From: Chrysomallon squamiferum
Taxonomy: Eukaryota; Animalia; Mollusca
Assembly: GCA_012295275.1 (NCBI GenBank)
Contig: CM022675.1
Location: forward strand, 8,494,001-8,558,000
DNA length: 64,000 nucleotides
Direction of reading: 5' to 3'
Made by a program: the position numbers and the translations under genes. The notes below the pieces were generated by a model. That model did no database searches, was not told the DNA's origin, and saw only the letters and a list, made by a program, of their open reading frames with translations. This document shows, piece after piece, positions 56,166 through 64,000 of this stretch. The stretch's first letter is position 1, and the number at the start of each line of letters is the position of its first letter.

Positions 56166-56845
56166 AAATGATTAAAATGATATTTTTGATATTGATATCT
56201 TAGAAATATCACAGTTAATTTGTGTTCATATCTTTATAATGTCTAGTATTTACACATTTCAAAAACAAATATTTTATTTTATTCACAGAGTAACCCACAG
56301 TTTTCCAAGCATCTTTGTATCTGCAACTGTCAGAGCTGGTATAAAATACCCATCCAGGAATAAAACCAGCTACTGCAGTCATTAAATAAATTTTAATTAA
56401 CCATTAGAAATAATTTCGCTGCCAAAATTTTTAAAATATATTATTTGTTACAAGATGTGCCTCATCCTGGAAGAACTATAGAAATAGTTCAGCATCTTGA
56501 GCTTAAATCCAAAGATATTCCTTAACAATTCTGAATATGTGAACTAATTCAAATGACTGCAACAAATAAAATATGTTTTGAGCTATATAAGCCTGGAAAT
56601 TTTATAAATTTACCAGATGCTTGACCACTTGACCAAATAGTGACCAGTGTGATGGTCACAGTTATAACTTCCCCAATATTTGTACTGACCTCTGTGTTAG
56701 CAAGGAAACACTGAGTTATCGTAATTGAATCTCCTGTGTACATTTTTATCAGTTTAGTATGATGTCTGGCTATTATCTGCTTGTAATGTATCAACAGTTC
56801 AATGTTTGCCACTCAGTGCCAAGATCAGCAGTGAAGAATTAACAC

Positions 56846-57075
56846 TTTTACATTTTGGCGTTTACATGATTACATATGGCTTGGTAGTGAAAAGTTTAAA
56901 TTTTTACATTTTGGCTTTTACACGATGACATATAGCTTGGTAGTGAAAAGTTTAAATTTTTACATTTTGGCTTTTACACGATGACATATAGCTTGGTAGT
57001 GAAAAGTTTAAATTTTTACATTTTGGCTTTTACACGATGACATAAAACTTGGCAATGAAAAGTTTAAATTTTTAC
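56846..57075. repeat. 56 bp tandem repeat, 4 copies
   Basis: ttttacattttggcttttacacgatgacatatagcttggtagtgaaaagtttaaat at ~56846, 56902, 56958 and 57014. Confidence 0.95.
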
Positions 57076-57257
57076 TTCAAACAAAATAATATTTGAATAA
57101 TATCAGTAACATCTGCAATTTAAAATTATATTATTTAAAAATATATATATATATCACAATGTATAAAATATGTACATAAAAGAAAGAATAATAAATAAAT
57201 AAAAAAGTGATTGATGATGTGGTATTGTGACAAGGGTGAAAATAAATAAAAACTTAC

Positions 57258-57313
57258 ATTTTAATATCCATATTTTTCACTGTTTCTTAATAAAATCCAT
57301 TTCTGACTAAATC
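57258..57313 (-). CDS. Candidate 56-nt exon carrying a start codon (ATG 57271; MDIK + AT, phase 2)
   Basis: Minus strand gtttgtttgtttcag|GATTTAG..ATGGATATTAAAAT|gtaagt; in-frame TAA upstream of the ATG. AT-rich context, so it could be chance. Confidence 0.2.
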
Positions 57314-57331
57314 CTGAAACAAACAAACAAA

Positions 57332-57367
<36 letters not shown>

Positions 57368-57735
57368 AGCAATAATAGTAACAATAACAACAATGAGAAA
57401 AAAACGAAAAAAAAAAATAAAAAAATAAAATAAAATAATAATAATAATACAATAATAAATAAATACATAATAAGTAAATAAATCAATCAATCAATCAATC
57501 AATTAATCAGTCAGTCAATAATTAAAACCAGAATTATAATAATAAATCAGACTGATATAATTTCTTATATTCATTCTCTAGTTTTGTTTCTTTTATTTTT
57601 CTTTAATATTACAATGCTTCAACAAAAATGTTTAACCTTCTAAGAAAAAAACAAAAAAAAAAAAAATAAAAAAATTACATGAAATAAATATCTATTTCGA
57701 GACTCATTACAACTTTCCTCCAAACCATAAATAAA

Positions 57736-57770
<35 letters not shown>

Positions 57771-57815
57771 GAGGAATAAAAACAAAAACATTTAAAAATA
57801 AATTTAAAATATTTG

Positions 57816-58095
57816 GTTGCTATGGCAACAGGTGAGAATAGCCTCAGTTTGAGAAAAAAAAAAAAGTATTTTGGTGAGGACTTATGTATCTGACATGTCT
57901 TCCGAACTTAATCCGAAACTCAAATGCAAATCCTCTCTCAGCTTCTCTGCCTCCCTCCTTGGAGAGCTACAAATCTTCGCGAGATATCTCGGATTCGCAG
58001 CGACAGCACAACTGGATGCGAATAAAGCCGGATTACAGTCCATTTGTTTGTTACAAGCAGCCCGCAGAAACTGCCAGATACTGGTCGCATGTGTC
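57816..58095. promoter_or_regulatory. X-box plus CpG-rich island (candidate promoter)
   Basis: GTTGCTATGGCAAC at 57816-57829; 57890-58095 is unusually GC/CpG-rich and contains palindrome CGAGATATCTCG (57980-57991). Confidence 0.4.
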
Positions 58096-58096
58096 T

Positions 58097-59135
58097 ACAG
58101 ACAGAGTGTGCTGGTTGGTTACAGACAAAGTGTGCTGGTTACAGACAAAGTATGCTGGTCATAGGCAGTCTACTGATTACAGACAAAGTGCTGATCATAG
58201 ACAGTCTACAGGTTACATACAAAGTGCTGGTCATAGTCAGTCTGCTGGTTACATACAAAGTGTGCTGGTCATAGATAGTCTACTGCTTACAGACAAAGTG
58301 TGCTGGTCATAGACAGTCTACTGCTTACAGCAAAATTGTGCTGGTCATAGACAGTCTACTGCTTACAGACAGAGTGTGCTGGTCATAGACAGTCTACTGG
58401 TTACAGTCAAATTGTGCTGGTCATAGACAGAGTCTACTGCTTACAGACAAAGTGTGCTGGTCATAGACAGTCTACTGCTTACAGACAAAGTGTGCTGGTC
58501 ATAGACAGTCTACTGCTTACAGACAAAATGTGCTGGTCATAGACAGAGTCTACTGGTTACAGACAAAATCTGTTGGTTACAGACAAAGTTGGCTGTTTGA
58601 AGTCACAAAGTCTACTGAGTATTGGTTCTGTATCTACTGGTTACAGTTACAGACTGTAGATTACAGACAAAAAGTCTACAGATTACAGTGTAAACTGGTT
58701 TAAAAAAAAAAAAATTGATTGGAATCTAAATCTAGTGTTTACATACAAAGTCTACTGTTCACTAGACACAAAGTCTACTTTTTACAAAGTCTATTAATCA
58801 AACATTCTACTGGTTACAATGTCTACAGATTAACAGACACAAGAGTCTACTGGTTACAGACAACATTGACTGATTACAGTGAAAATCTAAAGGCTACAGT
58901 CAAAGTGTACTTTTACTGTTCAGGTTGAATACAGTTACTAGTAACATTAAATCTGTTATTACTACTGGCAAAATGTTGTAAACTAATTATAAACTATGTT
59001 ATCTACTAATTACTGATGGTTACTGTTCCAGACAACGGTTATTACCTTACAGATAAAAGCTGGTGGTTTTTGGTTACAGATAAAGATAATTAATAATGAT
59101 TACACAGACAGACAACAAGTTACAGGTAAAAAGCA
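58097..59135. repeat. 38-40 bp minisatellite (acagacaaagtgtgctggtcatagacagtctactgctt)n, decaying rightwards
   Basis: About 12 good copies to ~58590, then degenerate ttacag/gtctac motifs. Confidence 0.92.
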
Positions 59136-59948
59136 TTGTATGCACTGATTGCAAAACCGTTTATCTCTATTAAATAAACAAACAGTCAAACAAACAAATA
59201 AACAAACAAATAAATAAAAATAAATGACAAAATGAATAAATAAATAAATAAATAAATAAACAAAAGTAAATAAATAAATAATAAATAAATAATAAATAAA
59301 TATATAAATAAATAAATAAAACGTTTTAAAATAATGAAAATGGTGACAATAACAATAAAAAAAAAAAAAAAATTAATAACAAACAGTAATAATGATGATG
59401 ATTTAATAACAATAATAACAAAATTAATAACAGTAATATTAAGTGTCAATAACAATAATAATAACAATAATAATAAACAGTAATAATAATAATAATAAAA
59501 ATAATAAACATAGTAATAATAAATATTATAAGATAATAATAATAATAATAATATCTGTATTAATACTAACAACAATAATAACAATATTAGTAATAATAGG
59601 AAGAATAATATTAATAATAATAACAACAATTATAAATATAATAATAATAGCAATAAAAATAACAACAATAACGATGTCAAAACTTATAATTACAGTAATA
59701 AAAATAATAATAAAAATTAAAAAAAAACGACAGAAAAAAAGCAAAAAGAGACAGAAGGAAAAAGGGTTTTTTGACTTTTTAAAAAAAAATATAATTCTGT
59801 TTCTTCTCATGATAAGTTTTAATTGTATTAAGAATGCTCCATTTACTTGCAAGCTTGCTCTGATTTCCCAGTTGGCTAATTTGCAAAACAACGAAATGCA
59901 ATTTCGAAAGAAAGAAAGAAAAAAAGAAATTCCTTCCAACATGGATGC

Positions 59949-59982
<34 letters not shown>

Positions 59983-60472
59983 ACTAGTTCTGCAACTGAC
60001 ATTTCTACTAATCCTGGTTTCTCAACCTGCCTTAAAAGCTTTCATTGATCAGATTTTTTTTTTTTTTGATTTTTTTTGGGGTGGTGGTGATTTTTAACCA
60101 GTGAGTATTTGGGTCTGGTGGGGGTAAAGTGGTTTGTGTGTGAGTTTTTTTAAGGTGGGACGAATGTTCGGTAGTGTGTTTTTTTTTTTAGGGTATACTT
60201 GGTGAGTATTTGGAGGGGTAATTTTTTAATGGTGAGTATTTTGAGGGGAGGTAATTGTTTCTAAGTGAGTATTTGAGTGGGTGATTGCTCAGTGTGCTAA
60301 AATTCTGGATTTTTACATTATTCGTTATTTATGAGTTGTGAAGTGAAGTAATTTTTATTTTATTTTTTATATTCATTTTTATTTATATATTTATTTATTT
60401 GTTTGTTTATTTTATTTTTATTTATTTTTATTTATTTATTTGTTTGTTTATTTTATTTTTATTTATTTATTT

Positions 60473-60505
<33 letters not shown>

Positions 60506-61084
60506 TTCATCAACTTTTATTTTTTTTTTTTTTTTTTTTTTGGCTATGGTAACAAGCTAAATTTTTCAGTGATGAATGTTTGTGGTGAGCACATTATTCA
60601 CACATGAGTATTCAGTTGGGGGGGATGGTGAGTATTCACAACGGGTGGGGAAACTTTTCGGAGATGAGTAAAATATTTTGGTGGGAGAGGGGTACAGTCT
60701 GTAACTTCACAGTGATGAAATATTTGCTTTAAAAAATATTTTTGGTGGATGAGTAATTGGGTGGGGAAGAATTCTTCAGCTGACTCTAGGTACGACTCTA
60801 GGAAAGTAATGGAAATTATTCCATCTGTCAATTTAATCAAGCAAGCACTGAACTTAATGCTTTCTTAATGACACCTTAATCCTTTTTAAAAATCAACAGC
60901 TAATTACGAGTCAAACATCATTGGCAAAATTCACTGACTGTTTTTATATATTTTTTTGTTTTCTTCTTAAAAGCAAGTGCTTGACAGTCATAAATCAAAA
61001 ATAATGTAGTTATTACTATTCAGAGATGAAAACACTATTAATAAATTTGGTATATGGGTTTTCTTTTTTTTTATAATGACTCTA

Positions 61085-61152
61085 AGAGAGAAAGGAAACT
61101 AGCTGCCAACTAGTTGTTTCTTTTACCAGTTGGCAGGAAGGGTTCTTTTATT
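61085..61152 (-). mobile_element. Internal SINE fragment
   Basis: gagagaaaggaaactagctgcc..ttggcaggaagggttctttta resembles the 40264 copy and the 19155 array. Confidence 0.45.
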
Positions 61153-61481
61153 ATGGATTTGTAGTAGTTGTGAAAATATGTCCCTTAGTCTTTGATAAAA
61201 AAAAATTAAAAAGTTAAAGAGCTTTGGCTAGATTGGGAAATAAGACAGTTGCTGCAATGAACAGATTTGATAATGCAATGGATTATATCAGATTGTATCT
61301 GATATTCGAAATAATAACAATAATGATAATAATGATGATGACATGATGATAATAATGATGATGATGATGATGTTGATGATATAATTACAGCAACAGTTAT
61401 ATTATTATTATTACAATTACCCAAAAATATATAAATAAATAAACAAAAATAATAATGATGATTATGATGATGATGATGATA

Positions 61482-61538
<57 letters not shown>

Positions 61539-61994
61539 GTAATAATAATAATAATAATAACAAACAACAATAATGTTAATAATAATAATAATTTTGGAAA
61601 AAAGACAAAAGAAGAAAATAAAGAACTAAATATTTCAAAAAAGCACTGATACTTTTTTCTTTCACAGTCTGGTCACAAATATTACCTCAAATTCCATTTC
61701 TCACCACTGCTAGCAAATTACACTAAAACCATCTTTAAAAAAAAAAAAATTAAATTTTAAAAAACAGGCCATTTCACTGGTTATAATAGGTCATGCCACA
61801 CTTTTTAATAATTTTTTTTTTCAGATGGCATGTTCTAAATTAGCAAGTCATTTTCCTCAGACATGTAATATCTGTCGTATTAACTCAGTGAGATAATCAC
61901 ATTACTGAATGCATGTCCTGTTTATTTCAAGTCGACAGCATGCACTTTAGGCAAAATGTCAACACTGGATGTTTTATCAAAGATCTCTGAAAGC

Positions 61995-62600
61995 GAATGT
62001 TCTTACAAAACAAATGTTCCTTGAAAGATAATGTTCTTACTATAGAAATGATCACGGAAAGTAAATGTTCATGAAATGAAATGTTCTTAGAAAAATTCGA
62101 CAAAACAGATTTTTTTTTTTTTTTTTTTAAACGAAATGTTTTACAGAAAACAAATGTTCATTGAAAATTCTAGGAAAGTGAATGTTTTTTATTTTTATAA
62201 ATGAAATGTTTTTCAGAAAATAATATTGTAGTAAAGTGTATGTTCCAAGAAAACTATTGTTCTAAGAAATATGTTAATTTTGAAGGAAAATATTCATAGA
62301 AAATGAATGTTCTTAAAAAACAAAATGTTCTCAAAAGAAGATGTTCTTGAAAATTAAATGTTCTTAGAAATGAATTATTCTTAAAAGCAAATGTTATTAA
62401 TAAAATATTACTAGAAAAACAAATGTTCTTGAAAAAAACAAATATATTCTCAAAAATAAAGTTTTCTCAAAAAATAAATGTCTTAAATTTTTGAAAGTGA
62501 CTATTCTTGGAATGCAAATAGTCTAAGAAAATGAATGTCATCAAAAATTAAATGTTCTTGGAAATGAAATGTTTTCAGGAAAAGCTTGTTCTTGAAAGTA
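61995..62600. repeat. Degenerate ~17-20 bp repeat (aaatgttcttagaa)
   Basis: More than 20 recurrences of aaatgtt(c), usually followed by gaaa. Confidence 0.8.
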
Positions 62601-63561
62601 TATGAAATTAATGAACCAGGAATCCAGTTTTGAAACAAAGACTGCATTTTATCAGTTAGATTAAACGAAGAAAATTCTATAACTGATGTTCTCTTGCTTA
62701 GCATATTTAAGATTCCATCTTTAAAAGCTTGGCTGGCATTTTACAAACACATCACTTAATAACTGCCAGTCTTCTTCTTCATTTTATCTTTTGCATTCTT
62801 AAATCAGTTTGAATTTCTTTATTTGTTCAGAACTTATTTTAATTTTATTTTTTATTGGTTTTTTCTGAAGGTTTAATTCTTTATTTTTATATATTTTTTT
62901 TTAGTTTTCTTTGTGTTTTAAAATAATTGTTTAATGTATTTTTAATTTATTTTATGTATTTATTTATTGTGGGTTTTTATTTGTAATATATCAAGGAAGA
63001 TAAATTATGTTATGTGTATGTGTGTGTTTGTGTGTGTTTGTGTATGTGTGTTTATCTGTATGTGTATGCATGTTATGTATGTCTGAATATGTTTGTGTCT
63101 ATGGTGTATACATGTATGTTGTATATGTATGTGTTTCTATCTATGTATGTATGTATATATATGAATGTACATGAATGTTAACACAAATGTTTGTACCAGT
63201 CTTTATATATGTGTTCTTCCAGTTACATCACAAGCAGAAAATATTTCCAATCAGTATTCTCATCAGTCATTATGATTCCAATTTGGAAGTTGCCAAATCC
63301 CTAATTAACTTAAATTAATTGTGTAAACTCTCAAATTAGAGGTGAAGCAGAGATCAGCATTAAATTTGAAAAACGTGACTGACGTGATAAAAATTAGGTA
63401 ATGATGGAGGAGTCACCAGGAATGGCCTGGAGGAAAAAAAAAATTAGGAGTATAAGGAGTCAAGGAGATGAGAGGTAAGGAGGCTGAAAAGGAAGGAGAT
63501 GAAATAGAAAATGTCTGTGTTAAAGCGGATCAGGGTGAAGGAATTAGGAAGAGATGAAGTC

Positions 63562-63885
63562 TGGGATGAGTGAATGAATGAATGGATGGATTGATGGATG
63601 GATGGATGAATGAATGGATAGATGAAAGTATGGTTGGATGGATGGATGAATGGATGGATGGATGAATGGATGGATTGATAGATGGATGGATGGATGGATG
63701 GATGGATGGATGGATGGATGAATGAATGAATGAATAAATGAATGGAAGTATGGATGGATGGATGGATGAATGAATAAATGGATGGATGGATGGATGGATG
63801 AATGGATGGATGAATGAATAAATGAATGAATGAATAGATCAGTGAATAACTGGATGCATGAATCATTGATGGATGGATGGATTAA
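63562..63885. repeat. (GGAT)n/(GAAT)n microsatellite
   Basis: Direct inspection; source of the IHPS ORF. Confidence 0.95.
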
Positions 63886-64000
63886 CAGACCAATAAATCA
63901 GTCAAGTTATGAGAAAATAGAGAAAGAAAGAAAAAATATAGAATAACAATAATAATAAAAAGAATGGAAAAAAATTATAAAAAATAAAGAAAGAAAATTG

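Noticed and set aside
57871-58312. 97 and 142 aa plus-strand ORFs over the CpG island
   Set aside because: Their C-terminal parts are minisatellite, there is no recognisable homology, and no flanking splice-site pair supports them.

Overview
AT-rich, microsatellite-saturated animal genomic DNA, not prokaryotic: no operons, rRNA, intact tRNA, cas genes or real long ORFs. Every ORF in the supplied track is explained by simple repeats or chance. Simple repeats and 20-160 bp tandem arrays alternate with short complex-sequence islands rich in transcription-factor-like motifs, which fits very large introns or the 5' regulatory region of a gene. Several decayed copies of one tRNA-derived SINE family are present; from memory they resemble gastropod-mollusc SINEs, which I cannot verify here. 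Best leads: (1) a phase-consistent set of minus-strand mini-exons, namely three candidate ATG-bearing exons ending in intron phase 2 plus a 9-nt microexon with a perfect donor; (2) a tandem array of about 10 tRNA-like A-box/B-box SINE heads at ~36.9-38.5 kb; (3) a palindromic-repeat array with unrelated spacers at ~24.9-25.6 kb; (4) several RFX X-box motifs and homotypic clusters of CAGGTG/CAGGTA, TTCnnnGAA and Staf-like motifs; (5) a ~300 bp inverted duplication. The host gene cannot be named. All exon and motif calls are inferred from sequence alone, and repeat copy numbers are approximate manual counts.
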